From: Tetramitus jugosus
Lineage: Eukaryota; Protista; Heterolobosea
NCBI GenBank assembly: GCA_937625935.1
Contig: OW569355.1
Span: 523,101-587,100 of the forward strand
DNA length: 64,000 nt
Direction of reading: 5' to 3'
Both the position numbers and the translations under genes were made by a program. A model generated the notes under the pieces. It was not told where the DNA came from. It was given only the letters and a program-made list of their open reading frames with translations, and made no database searches. Position 1 is the stretch's first letter, and every line of letters starts with the position of its first letter. Positions 40,537 through 53,855 of the stretch are shown piece by piece.

Positions 40537-43158
40537 ATGGAGGAAAAATCCAACGGCAATACAATCAATAGCCCACCAATGTCACCCCAGTTTACTACTT
40601 TCCAAGAAAGCATAGACTTTGCTGCAGAATCAATGTCAGTTCGATCACCAATGATGATGACAACGACCGAAGAGCCATTTTCCATTGATTTTGCCCAGAG
40701 TGAAAACTCTGCACTGACGATGCCACCACCATCATCACATCAACCACCTGTGTTGGCAGATGAAAATGTTGTTGAATCACGAGATCACGAGATCACTGTA
40801 GACAAACAACCATTGTTGATCTGCGTTGACGAACAAACTGAAAAAGCAAAACGGAACAAAAAACACTACCACTCGGACAAATGTATTATAGATGATGAAG
40901 ATGATGAATTGATTGGTGACCTCATTGAGAAACCATCCATGCCTGCTGCCCTCCGCTTATTTAAGAACAAGCAAAAGAATGCTGTTGTTGTTGCTGATTC
41001 AACAAAGAGCAAAGCAAATGCAACCAACGTTGCTCAAACTATGCAATTATCGCAACAAGCAGTTACTAATAACAATCTAGAGTTTACGGATAACTACACT
41101 CAACAATTTCAGACACCGACTAGGAGAATGAAGCGTCTGCGCAAGAGAAAGTTCAGTGCTAGTCCAGACAGTGACCATCAGAGCAGCGATAAAGAAGAGA
41201 AGTCATCCAAAAATGAAGAAATAGTCAAACGCAAGAGATGTAAGGTGGTGAATGAAGATCAAAGAGATTCAGACAGTGAACATGAGATTGATTTTACGAA
41301 TACTCAGGATTATCGAGAGATGATTCAGGAGGATCCAATGTACGATGAAGATGAAGAAGATGAGGATAGTGATGCTTTTGTGAAGGCTGGCTATGCGCTT
41401 AGAGCTACACATACGAGACGACAGTCAATCCGGCGTCAATCGAAGGTTGAGGAAGACAGCACCAGTACTAACAATGCTATTGATGCCTTAGTCGTAATCG
41501 ATGATGACACTGATGACGATGATACGAATAATTCCAATGAAGAGAATGAGGATGAAGTTAGTAGTGACAAGCAAGACACTCCCGAAGATGTGACATTACG
41601 AACGCCCGAGAAGTCCACAAGCAACAGTCGTGAAGAACGAAAGAGGAGATTGGATGACCTCGTGCGTAGTCATGGGAAAAAGAAACCACCTCGTCGGCGT
41701 CTTGTTCGAAACTCAATTTCGAGTGCGCGAGTGATTGAGTCCTCAGATGAAGATAGTGGATCAGATGAACGAGAAAAAGCGATCAGCAGCGACGACGAAG
41801 CAAGCAAGGAATTTAGTTTTCCTCTGGATGAGATATCTGGTGAATCATCTCGCCGTACTTCACATCGGCTTGAACAAGCTAGTGCTTCTTTGGACGATTT
41901 CATTGTTCCTGATGAGCAAGAACTTACTCAGTACAGTTCGTCTGATTACGAATTATTGGAGGATGAAGAGGAAGAAGATGAGGATGAGAAGGCTGCAACT
42001 CAGTACAATATTGACTTTGATGCCGAGTCGCAAACTCAACAAACAACACATGCGAGTCAGTCGCACCCATCTATTAGTTATTATGGACCGAGAAAGATTG
42101 AAGAATCATTCAAAATCGTTCTTCAATATTATTTATCATGCATTCTGGATGCCGATTTCGAATCATGCATTGCAGCAGAAGAAGGTGAGAGCTACTTTGT
42201 GCCTGCGTTACGAAAAGTTTTTTCTGAGCTCGAAACAAAGAAATCCTCGGTAGTGTCATCATCAGTGTGGAATTCTCAATTTACGAAAGACCTACACTCA
42301 CAGCCAAAAATTGCCCAAAAACACTCCCGACGATCCAATCAACATAACTGTGAGGTGTGTAGACGTACAGGTCATCCAGCAGTATGTTCCATAACTTTTC
42401 AGGGAGAGAGATTGGACGAAAAGTTCTATTCATCTCCTGCAGTTGCCAACATAACGACGAACTCGATGTCGAAGAATACCAAAGCAGCAATTTATCGAGT
42501 GGGTAGCCACTGTTTTAGGCGTGTGATACTGTATCATGTCATGCATCATTACAAGTATTTGATTCTAGAGAGATTAAAACTTCTAGCATCAGCTGCAGAA
42601 AAGGAAGTCCGAAGAGTAAAGAATCTCACTGACAACGCAAAGGTTTCAGAAACGGACATTGTGGAAGAAGTCATGAACAGTCAAGACGTTTCTGATCTTT
42701 TCAGAGGTTATCAAAACCTATTGAATATGGTGTATACCAGTGCTTCTCGCGCACACAGCAATGATCCCTTGACCTCCTACAACGAGTTGTTGTCACACTG
42801 TTTTCCGGATGCTGTTGAAGCCGACATACTTCTTCCTCAAAGTTCACTTGCTTTCAGTGGAGAGCAAGAAGCCTTATCCGCTACACCAAAAAGAGGCAGA
42901 CACCAACGAGCAAAAATGAATGAACTTCACTTGGTGCGAAAAGTGGATGACCTCCCCGAGGAGCAAGATGGCACCAGTGAGACAAAATCGGACATTGCAT
43001 CTTCAACTCCAGCTGATCCCATCCTCTTCGTTCCCTCATCACCTCCCTATACTCCCCCTGTATCGAGCGATGATGAAGACGTAGTGCGTCTAGATTCACC
43101 AGTCTATGCCCCAACAACAACAGATGACGAAGACATTTTGACAACCAAATTGTATTAG
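40537..43158 (+). CDS. CCDC82/DUF4211-like protein
   Basis: LDDFIVPD, SSVWNSQF, CEVC..H, VGSHCFRRVILYHVMHHYKY. Confidence 0.75.
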   Translation: MEEKSNGNTINSPPMSPQFTTFQESIDFAAESMSVRSPMMMTTTEEPFSIDFAQSENSALTMPPPSSHQPPVLADENVVESRDHEITVDKQPLLICVDEQTEKAKRNKKHYHSDKCIIDDEDDELIGDLIEKPSMPAALRLFKNKQKNAVVVADSTKSKANATNVAQTMQLSQQAVTNNNLEFTDNYTQQFQTPTRRMKRLRKRKFSASPDSDHQSSDKEEKSSKNEEIVKRKRCKVVNEDQRDSDSEHEIDFTNTQDYREMIQEDPMYDEDEEDEDSDAFVKAGYALRATHTRRQSIRRQSKVEEDSTSTNNAIDALVVIDDDTDDDDTNNSNEENEDEVSSDKQDTPEDVTLRTPEKSTSNSREERKRRLDDLVRSHGKKKPPRRRLVRNSISSARVIESSDEDSGSDEREKAISSDDEASKEFSFPLDEISGESSRRTSHRLEQASASLDDFIVPDEQELTQYSSSDYELLEDEEEEDEDEKAATQYNIDFDAESQTQQTTHASQSHPSISYYGPRKIEESFKIVLQYYLSCILDADFESCIAAEEGESYFVPALRKVFSELETKKSSVVSSSVWNSQFTKDLHSQPKIAQKHSRRSNQHNCEVCRRTGHPAVCSITFQGERLDEKFYSSPAVANITTNSMSKNTKAAIYRVGSHCFRRVILYHVMHHYKYLILERLKLLASAAEKEVRRVKNLTDNAKVSETDIVEEVMNSQDVSDLFRGYQNLLNMVYTSASRAHSNDPLTSYNELLSHCFPDAVEADILLPQSSLAFSGEQEALSATPKRGRHQRAKMNELHLVRKVDDLPEEQDGTSETKSDIASSTPADPILFVPSSPPYTPPVSSDDEDVVRLDSPVYAPTTTDDEDILTTKLY

Positions 43159-43216
43159 GAAAATTCAGGAGCAATTGTATAAAAACGGAGAAAATTTACG
43201 GAAAAAAAAACAACAA

Positions 43217-44230
43217 ATGCTGCAACAAATTGCACTGATCTTGGGTGAAATCATTTTTCATGTGCGACTAGCTCCTTGGTTCATTGGTATTCTCTTCCAA
43301 TACTATGTTCTCCAGTGTTGGTTGAAGAGAGATTACAGACAGGTTCGTCTCGAAGCCAACATTCGATATACCAATGATGAAACCAGGAAGCGAAACGTTC
43401 TCGATATTTATCACTACAAGGGAAATATCAGCAAGCAAGTCATTGTGTTTGTTCATGGTGGAGGCTGGAAGAGTGGTGACAAATTGTTCTATTATCATTT
43501 GGCTCATGATCTCTGTCGAACCTTGAAGAGAACTGTTGTGACTGTCAATTATACATTGTTTCCAAATGGAACGATTGAAAATCAAGTTACTGATGTGACC
43601 AATGCGATCCAATTTGTCAAGGATCATCTGAGAACAAATCGTCTATTGTTGATAGGACATTCAGCAGGTGCGCACTTGGTTGCCTATTGTCTCGCCATGA
43701 AATACTTCGGTGTTGTGCATTCAGAGAGCATGGACAGGAATGAGTGGGATTTGGGCGATATTGACGGGTGGATTGGCTTGTCAGGCGTGTATGATATTAT
43801 GGATCACTACCCTGTTGAGTGCCGAAGAGGTGTTGTCAAGTGGAGTGGTATGGAAGGTGCCATGCACGGTGTACCCTATTTCGCGATGCACAGTCCTTCT
43901 TGGTTTTTCAAATATCCTGGTTCTTTCTCTGGCCACAATGTGAGTCACAGCAATGGTGTATCAAAACTGCCATTTGTCAATACATTGTTGCTGCATGGAG
44001 AAGAAGATGAGACTGTGCCTTCCAGTCAATCCAAGGACTTCTATGATGCTTTAGTGGAACATTTTCAGCTCTCTGAAGAGAATAAGACCCGAATTCAGTT
44101 TGAGAGTTTACCCAATATCAATCACTCTGATATTGTCATGTCACTGATGGAAGTTGCATCACGCAAGCGTCACAGAGACGTTGTGATACAACAATTGGAA
44201 CGGGGAATAGAGAGATTTTCTACACCTTAA
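43217..44230 (+). CDS. Alpha/beta hydrolase (prenylcysteine methylesterase/esterase-like)
   Basis: HGGGW, GHSAG, HGEEDETVP, H in INHSD. Confidence 0.85.
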   Translation: MLQQIALILGEIIFHVRLAPWFIGILFQYYVLQCWLKRDYRQVRLEANIRYTNDETRKRNVLDIYHYKGNISKQVIVFVHGGGWKSGDKLFYYHLAHDLCRTLKRTVVTVNYTLFPNGTIENQVTDVTNAIQFVKDHLRTNRLLLIGHSAGAHLVAYCLAMKYFGVVHSESMDRNEWDLGDIDGWIGLSGVYDIMDHYPVECRRGVVKWSGMEGAMHGVPYFAMHSPSWFFKYPGSFSGHNVSHSNGVSKLPFVNTLLLHGEEDETVPSSQSKDFYDALVEHFQLSEENKTRIQFESLPNINHSDIVMSLMEVASRKRHRDVVIQQLERGIERFSTP

Positions 44231-44399
44231 GCTAACTTTTGCGAGCTTCAAGCTGTGTTGTATTCAACGCTTTAAGCGCATCGAGAACAAAGATGGACTT
44301 TGGCATGCCCTTTTTGAACTTTGGATAAGCGGAGTTTATTGAAATCAATTGAGAAAACGAACAAACAACTTGTGAAAAGCAAAATAAACAACAAAAGCA

Positions 44400-46955
<2,556 letters not shown>

Positions 46956-46983
46956 TAAAACAATGGAATGAAATGAATTTCTT

Positions 46984-49590
46984 TTATGTTGACGATTTGT
47001 CAGATTCCAATTCTGACAATACATACTTGACGATTGAATTTGTGCTACTTCTTCGTTCTATCATATCAGACACTCGCTTGAAGGTTTCGCCATCATGAGT
47101 CGCATCTGGTTTGATATTCCGAACCAGACTTGCAACCACATTGGAGAGATACTCTCGAGGAACAGAAATGTGACCTGGTTTGTGTGGTACCAGGAAGTCA
47201 CATTCGAGTAGTTGAGGAATCGTTGCTCTTTGCTCAGGATTCCGCACGAGCGTGCTCTTTAAGACGTACAGAATATTGGGATCCATTCCTGCTGGGAGAG
47301 CTGGGTATTGAATCTTGTAGTTGACGTTTGTGATTGCGTGAATTTTAGGTATCAGATCTAGACTGGCGAATGGAGGCGCGCCATACACCATCTGATACAT
47401 AATACAACCAAATGACCACAAATCGCTTGATCTTCCTAATTTGTACCTTGGATTTCCACGGGCATTGCTGGTCGCTTGGGTGTTAGAAAGGAAGGCTTCT
47501 GGGGGAATATAGTTCACTGTTCCGACCTGCGAGTCTCGCATAATGTTTGTCGTATCGCTCCTGATTTGCTTGGCTATTCCAAAGTCAATAAGTTTGAGCT
47601 GTCCCTTGACAAACAAAAAGTTGGCTGGTTTCAAATCACTATGAACGATGCGCTGTTCGTGTATAGTATTCAAAGCCTCTAACATTTGTTGGCAGTACAA
47701 ACGAATTTGGTTTGAAGGCAATACCTTTCCTCTCTGCATTCGAAGCACAGTGTTCAAGTCTGAATCTCCACACTCCATCACAATCATCAAGTAATCTTTT
47801 TGAACTTCAAAATCCTTGAGCTCAATAATGTTTGACTTTCCTTTCAGCTTATGGAGCAGCTGGACCTCATTCACGAAACCATCCAAAGTTTGTTTGTCAT
47901 GATCCTTTAGGTTTACAATTTTGAGAGCCACTATCTTGCTATCAGGGGCAATGACACGATACACCTTGGAGCTGCCTCCCTTTCCTAACCATTCTATGAG
48001 TCTATAGGGTTTGTTGTTAACGTAAAACGTTGTTGAATCTTGATTGGGGAGCGAAGCACGAGATGCAGTAGCTGAGGATGATTGAGGTGTCTGTTGATTG
48101 AGTACTATAGGGTGATGCATATCACTCGGTTGAACAGGTCGTGGCGCAACAAAACTACCTGCAGAGCTTCGCACTGGAGTTGACTGAGGTTGCGAGGTTG
48201 GCTGACTAATTGGCTGAGCAAACATATCAGATGGATTCGATACTGACTTTGGTGTTGCACTCAGGCCAGTACGACTAATTTTGTACGAGTTGGGCAACAG
48301 GTCTGAGCTTTCTCTTTTTCTCTTGCCAACAGAAGTGGGTGCCAATAGAACAGGCTCTTCAACATTTTCTTCATCGACTGTCGGAGACGAAGTGTTTAGT
48401 GCTGACCTGACGCTGGACATTGGTGTGGCAGGGGCAATAAGAGGCTCTGGTTGCTCAAAGTAAACCATTGGATTAAAACCACTCATTGTTTGGTGAGTTT
48501 TGATATAGAGCTCGGCATCTGATATAATATGTTCTGGCTTGGCTTGTTTCTGTCGAGCAAAGTTGAGATAAGTTAAGCATTTTTGAGTCTCAGACATTGT
48601 CATGGCATACAGAGCATAGAACAAGCTGCAAGAGTCCACTGTTCTCGTATAGAAGAGAGCTTTCAATTGACCCTTCAAATCTTCCATTTTCACTCTGTAT
48701 TCTGATTGAACAGATTCAGCTGACAACAGATAGAGAAGGTACATTTGTTGCATCGTGAGAGTCATAACCTTCTCATCAATGGATGCCCTACTTCCCTCAT
48801 CAAGCTCATTGGCACTCTGTCTATGCTTTTGATTAATGTGAGGCATTGTTAGATGATAAATTTGTTGCAAGTTGAATCGTCCTTCATGCAAATTGATATC
48901 ATCATAATCATTCGTCGGTGTTGCATACTGATAAAAGAGAAAACTCAGAGCCTTGTACCAATTCAGAGGACTCCTATAGTCTTGTCTCAGTGCTTCAGCC
49001 AAGATTTTTGACTCTCCTACGTGTTTTGTTTTGAATAGACTCTGAAGATTAATTAACACATAGTTTAGACTGCTCCGTTTGGATCGCCTTCGCATTGGAA
49101 CTTTGCTTGTTGAATTCATGGAGGATGATAAGGATGACGATGAGACTCCAGTGTTCGTTCCATTGTTAGAAAAAGCAGGTTGTAGTGTACGAGGAGTGGA
49201 AGTGATGGGAGTAGTGGTACCCAGTGATAGATTATTGTTGTGAGAGAAGGTCACTTTGTGTGCTGAACTCGTGTGATGGTTGAGGGTGGAGGTGGATCGG
49301 AGAGGTGTTTTTGTAACGGTATTCATATTGTTGTTATTGTAACTGGGTGTGGTAGGCAACTTGGATTCAAGGCGATTACCCAGTGGTGTTCGCAAGCCGG
49401 CAGGTTGCTGTGGTTTTAGACCACCCATGGTCGTGCTGTTCGATAGTGTGTTGTTGTGTTGATGATGTTTGTTAGTGTTGGATTGTTCCGAGAAGAAGGA
49501 CCCGGCATTACCCTCATTTTCTTTATTGCTGTGAATGATCTGGCTGCCTGTCAACATGTGCTGTTGTTGCTGCTGATGATTCATGATCAT
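46984..49590 (-). CDS. MPS1: Mps1/TTK spindle-checkpoint kinase
   Basis: GKGGSSKVY, HSDLKPANF, LIDFGIA, RDSQVGTVNY. Confidence 0.9.
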   Translation of the reverse strand: MIMNHQQQQQHMLTGSQIIHSNKENEGNAGSFFSEQSNTNKHHQHNNTLSNSTTMGGLKPQQPAGLRTPLGNRLESKLPTTPSYNNNNMNTVTKTPLRSTSTLNHHTSSAHKVTFSHNNNLSLGTTTPITSTPRTLQPAFSNNGTNTGVSSSSLSSSMNSTSKVPMRRRSKRSSLNYVLINLQSLFKTKHVGESKILAEALRQDYRSPLNWYKALSFLFYQYATPTNDYDDINLHEGRFNLQQIYHLTMPHINQKHRQSANELDEGSRASIDEKVMTLTMQQMYLLYLLSAESVQSEYRVKMEDLKGQLKALFYTRTVDSCSLFYALYAMTMSETQKCLTYLNFARQKQAKPEHIISDAELYIKTHQTMSGFNPMVYFEQPEPLIAPATPMSSVRSALNTSSPTVDEENVEEPVLLAPTSVGKRKRESSDLLPNSYKISRTGLSATPKSVSNPSDMFAQPISQPTSQPQSTPVRSSAGSFVAPRPVQPSDMHHPIVLNQQTPQSSSATASRASLPNQDSTTFYVNNKPYRLIEWLGKGGSSKVYRVIAPDSKIVALKIVNLKDHDKQTLDGFVNEVQLLHKLKGKSNIIELKDFEVQKDYLMIVMECGDSDLNTVLRMQRGKVLPSNQIRLYCQQMLEALNTIHEQRIVHSDLKPANFLFVKGQLKLIDFGIAKQIRSDTTNIMRDSQVGTVNYIPPEAFLSNTQATSNARGNPRYKLGRSSDLWSFGCIMYQMVYGAPPFASLDLIPKIHAITNVNYKIQYPALPAGMDPNILYVLKSTLVRNPEQRATIPQLLECDFLVPHKPGHISVPREYLSNVVASLVRNIKPDATHDGETFKRVSDMIERRSSTNSIVKYVLSELESDKSST

Positions 49591-49725
49591 TGCTATTGGG
49601 TATTGTTTCTGTTGAGGTTAAATTTTTATTCTTGTTTTTTTGTTAGGCATAACGGTTAAGAATTTCTTTTTTTTGGCGCGCACTCATATTTTGCCTGAGC
49701 GCTGATTCATGACGGACACATGTCC

Positions 49726-50293
49726 TCATTTTCCATACCAATCGAGAGCACTTCCCTTGTAGTTTTGGACATTGTTGTAGTCCAGCTCCTCCAAAATCGC
49801 AGCAGCTTCATTATTGTTTTTCGCACGTAGAAAAGAATTGTCAATAAATAACCATCAATTATGACAATCATTTGATAATAATAAACACACTGCTACTGAA
49901 TGACAACATAAACATACCTTGTGCTGAGCGAACACCAGATCTGCAATACACAATGATTCTCTCATCTGGCTTTGGTTTCAAGAATCCATATTGATTCTTA
50001 AATCTCGTGTCGTCCATCATCATAAAAGCAGAGCCAAGATCCGGAAGAGGAATGTTCACTGCTGTGTCAATGAGAGGCATAGGTGCGCTTGAGGCAACTT
50101 CATCTGGATTTCTCACATCAATCAGAATGTAATGCTCATTTTGAGAAGTGATCAAATCTTGCAGTTGCTCCTTTGACACAATATCAGAAGCATTTGTTGA
50201 CATTTTTGCAAAACGATGATTGAGCATGATGAATTTGTTGCCAGAACAATTGTTCTGGTGACGAACGAGTTGGGAGCGGATTGCGCGTAACAT
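49726..50293 (-). CDS. Single-domain rhodanese (Rdl1/TSTD-like, mitochondrial); intron 49806-49917
   Basis: LIDVRNPDE, VYCRSGVRS; spliced exon AAAILEELDYNNVQNYKGSALDW. Confidence 0.85.
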
Positions 50294-50438
50294 GTGTTTT
50301 GTTGTTGCGGAAGGAAGAATTTTCTCTCGCTTTTTTCGAATTTGGACAACAAAAAGTGAGTTCGAAAAGTCAACGGTCTCTTCTACGATGAACTACTATC
50401 ATGGTGAATAAATTGAGGAAACAAGCCCTTTCATTGAC

Positions 50439-52163
50439 TTAAATTGGTCTCAGTTGACCATTTTGACAAGTGTACTTGGTTGGATCGTAACAAGCCTCTC
50501 CACATTTGGCACTGGCTGACACAGGACAGAGGAAAGCACCATCAATACAAACATAACGACTTGATAGATAACAAGCTTGTCCACATGAGAGATGATTGAG
50601 AGGACATAATCGATTTTGAGCAGTACATGTGTGGGTTGCCTTGTTATAGCACTGCGCAGTTCCGTCGACTATACAACATCCCAAGTCTCCAGTGCATCTA
50701 GCACATAAATTTTCATCTCCCTCGCTGACTCTAACAATAAATTGAGCATTGATTGAAGTGGTAGTCCTTGAGAACTCTCCAAAATGAGTCTCTCCAACTC
50801 CAAACTCTCCCAAGTAAACAATGTTACCCAGTGTGTCCACAATTAACGATCTTCCAATGGTTGGTGCCAACGTTCCTTTCACCAGATACACTGCATTTCC
50901 GTTCTTATCTAGTTTGAGTAAGAAATCTCGAACAATACCATCATCAACTGCTTCAATATCACCAATCTTGATCTCTTGTATGAAAAGCCCTGTCAAGTAC
51001 GATTCACCACTTGGAAAGGCAACCAATCCGAGAATCTCAGCCGCGGTTTCTGGGACTGAATTGTTCGATGCAACAAAGTAAATTGTATTACCCAAGGGAT
51101 CCAACTTTCCCATGTAGATATTATTGAGATTAGCGCCTCTTCCATCAATGATCACTCCGTTAATGGAAACGTCTTGGACAAATCCTCCATTGAAGTAACA
51201 ATTGCCATCTTCATCCATGTCTACTCTGTGGGAGGTCCTGCCAAACGAACCAACGAGAGAGGAAATGATTGTCTTAACATAGATTAGACCTCCAACCTTG
51301 TTGTACTTTGCTACGTAAGCAAATTGAGGGTTTCCACTGACCTCAGTTCCATCAAATGACACATCTCCAAAACCTCTACCTGCTATACAAAATTGCCCAG
51401 CAGAGTTTGAAGCCACATCATAAACTCCAGCGCTTGGAGGTAGTACCTTGATCAGCTGAAGATCCAACTCGAAGTCATACTTTGCTATAATACTAAGAAT
51501 CGAGGCTGGAGGTTCTTCAACAATGATACCATCTCCAAAATCAACATCGGATGTGAATGAGCTTGACAAAAACAAGTTTCCACCCGAAGATGACATCCTC
51601 AGATTTGGAATAGGAACAGTCACGAATGGAGCAACGAACAAGCTAGTTCCTATCATTGCTAAAACAGTTTTCACAGGGTGACCCGTTTGTGGGTTCAGTT
51701 CTGTTATGAAAGTTGCATAATTAGTCTCTGAAACAACTCCAATTTGTTCCACACCATTGATCGAAAGAGGGCCAATGAACACACCCGAAGCGAACAACCT
51801 TCCCCTTTTCTCAACATAGGTTATGGCTGTGCCATACACAATCCATGCCTCAAAAATAGTTTGCCACAGAGCAACACCATCACTGTTTCTGTACTTTGTC
51901 ACAAATCCGGTAGTAGCGGAAATCTCTACTGGATTCAAGTTTTGGAACTGGATGGTTGTATTAATGGAGTTAGGATCCATAAAACCGGTTGCAAATAAGT
52001 TTCCTTGTTGATCTGGAACAGCATCTAACGTATAGGTGTTCACTGTAGTAGGTTCCTTCAATCCCTGTTGGAAATACTCAAAAGTTTGACAATAGCAAAG
52101 AGAGTTGACTAACACCAGAGACACTACAACGAGAAGAGCAAAGAATAGGTTATATTTTCTCAT
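50439..52163 (-). CDS. Secreted beta-propeller protein with C-terminal Cys-rich CBM52-like repeats
   Basis: Signal peptide; repeated D..GN.Y..G.F / F..KY..G blades; CGQACY..RYVC and CGEACYDPTKYTC. Confidence 0.75.
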   Translation of the reverse strand: MRKYNLFFALLVVVSLVLVNSLCYCQTFEYFQQGLKEPTTVNTYTLDAVPDQQGNLFATGFMDPNSINTTIQFQNLNPVEISATTGFVTKYRNSDGVALWQTIFEAWIVYGTAITYVEKRGRLFASGVFIGPLSINGVEQIGVVSETNYATFITELNPQTGHPVKTVLAMIGTSLFVAPFVTVPIPNLRMSSSGGNLFLSSSFTSDVDFGDGIIVEEPPASILSIIAKYDFELDLQLIKVLPPSAGVYDVASNSAGQFCIAGRGFGDVSFDGTEVSGNPQFAYVAKYNKVGGLIYVKTIISSLVGSFGRTSHRVDMDEDGNCYFNGGFVQDVSINGVIIDGRGANLNNIYMGKLDPLGNTIYFVASNNSVPETAAEILGLVAFPSGESYLTGLFIQEIKIGDIEAVDDGIVRDFLLKLDKNGNAVYLVKGTLAPTIGRSLIVDTLGNIVYLGEFGVGETHFGEFSRTTTSINAQFIVRVSEGDENLCARCTGDLGCCIVDGTAQCYNKATHTCTAQNRLCPLNHLSCGQACYLSSRYVCIDGAFLCPVSASAKCGEACYDPTKYTCQNGQLRPI

Positions 52164-52565
52164 TTTGATTTGTTTGGATGATCATACAACGCAAAGATCA
52201 TTTGCCTTTAAAAGATAATTTAAAAGGTCTCCAAAGTTCATTTCGTTCAGTTGCTCATCGGGGCGCAACACCAAGTTGACATCCGAGTGGGGCAAATTTT
52301 TTTGGTTATTGGTTTTTCTGGAGAGGATCGTTGAATAAAAATACAAAGTTCTCCGAAGCAGCTGAACAAGTAAATGTGCAAGAAAACAAAATAAACGTTC
52401 AGATTCTGGTTGAGATTGACATTGAATAGAGATTGATCCTAAGAAAGGAAGGCCTCTGACATACGATGCTTCACACGTTGAAATGCGACATTTTTTCATT
52501 TTCCGCTCATACTGTTTTAAGGAATCAATAAGAGCGGTTGGAAGCGAACAGCAAAAGCAACGAAG

Positions 52566-53258
52566 ATGGAAAACCTTTCGCACGACACTATTCAAGAATC
52601 GATTCTTCCCTATCTTTCTGAAGAAGAGCTTGTTCATCGTCTTGCTCCATTGAGCACTGGGTTTTATTCTTTTGTGTGGACGATGCTACAATGGAAGAAG
52701 CGATGGATGTCAACGTTTGCAACTGGTGGTTACTTCTTACATGTGAATCACTCCTTGTTTGGTCCAGAACAATCATACCTGATCAGAGCAAGTTGTGAAA
52801 CATGTGAACAGAGTGTACGATCGGCACAAGATTCTTATCCTTATGCCTTTCCTGGTGTTACTTGTCCACCTGTTCGAGTAACGATTGACCAAGCTTGTGA
52901 GGTAGCGTACAATATCATGAACGACAAGAAGGTACTATTGAAGACATACTCTACAGTGATTTATTGGAGAGATGCTCTACCAGATCACATGAAGCATATG
53001 GCCAGCGAGCCTGACTGTCGTATCACAAGAATTCCAGAGTTTACAAAGGATTACGTGTTTCGCCTCAAAAGTTTCATTATGGCCTTCTGTCGATGGCTTA
53101 AGATGAGAAGCGGCGATTCCGATATTGTGTGCTATACTCTGGAGATAAATGAGCCCGAGGGTACTGGATGTTGGTCCGTGCAGAAAATGTTGAGTGTAAG
53201 TTTCAAAGGGGAGGTCATCTTTGCATTGTCCTACCATGACTATAAGATGGATTCTTAA
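52566..53258 (+). CDS. F-box-like protein
   Basis: MENLSHDTIQESILPYLSEEELV.RLAPLS..F N-terminus. Confidence 0.55.
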   Translation: MENLSHDTIQESILPYLSEEELVHRLAPLSTGFYSFVWTMLQWKKRWMSTFATGGYFLHVNHSLFGPEQSYLIRASCETCEQSVRSAQDSYPYAFPGVTCPPVRVTIDQACEVAYNIMNDKKVLLKTYSTVIYWRDALPDHMKHMASEPDCRITRIPEFTKDYVFRLKSFIMAFCRWLKMRSGDSDIVCYTLEINEPEGTGCWSVQKMLSVSFKGEVIFALSYHDYKMDS

Positions 53259-53855
53259 CTTACCTTACGCACCAAGTACTTGGAAGGAGACACTGGATTC
53301 TTAACTTACTTCCCAAGTAAGATATCTCTTCCACGTACTTGGTGTAAAGTATCTATACGTGCATTTGATTTGACAAATATCCCTTAATCTCTCCAAAAAC
53401 AACTCTGTCAAAGTCCCACAAAAAATTGTTTGTGTATTCTCCTCCTGGACTTCTGTCGCACCTATGACTACAATCAAATCCAAATACACCATCACCAGCT
53501 CCAGAAGGCAGAGTTTTAGTAGGATTGTTTTAAGTTTTGTTTATAACATGGATAATTTTTCAAGTCTTAGTCCATGGACCACTCATTTGACACAATTTTG
53601 GAATTGTACATTTTGTTTTTGTGTTTTGTGGTTGAACAACAACTTTGGATAGATCTTATTGACTGATTGTGTCCATTGTATAATAATGATTATGTTTTTT
53701 AATTCTTTTGTTATCTCACTCTTCTGACCTTGTTCAATAGATATGTCTGATGCAAGCCACATCCACAACAACTGAATAATCAATAGACATGTGAAACCAA
53801 TGCACCAAATTGTCACAAAGTTTTGCTTGAAGCTGAGTAACTCTCAAGAAACGGA

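Noticed and set aside
53248-53309. 16-bp direct repeat TGGATTCTTAACTTAC
   Set aside because: Two copies 46 bp apart at a gene end; local slippage duplication with no evidence of function
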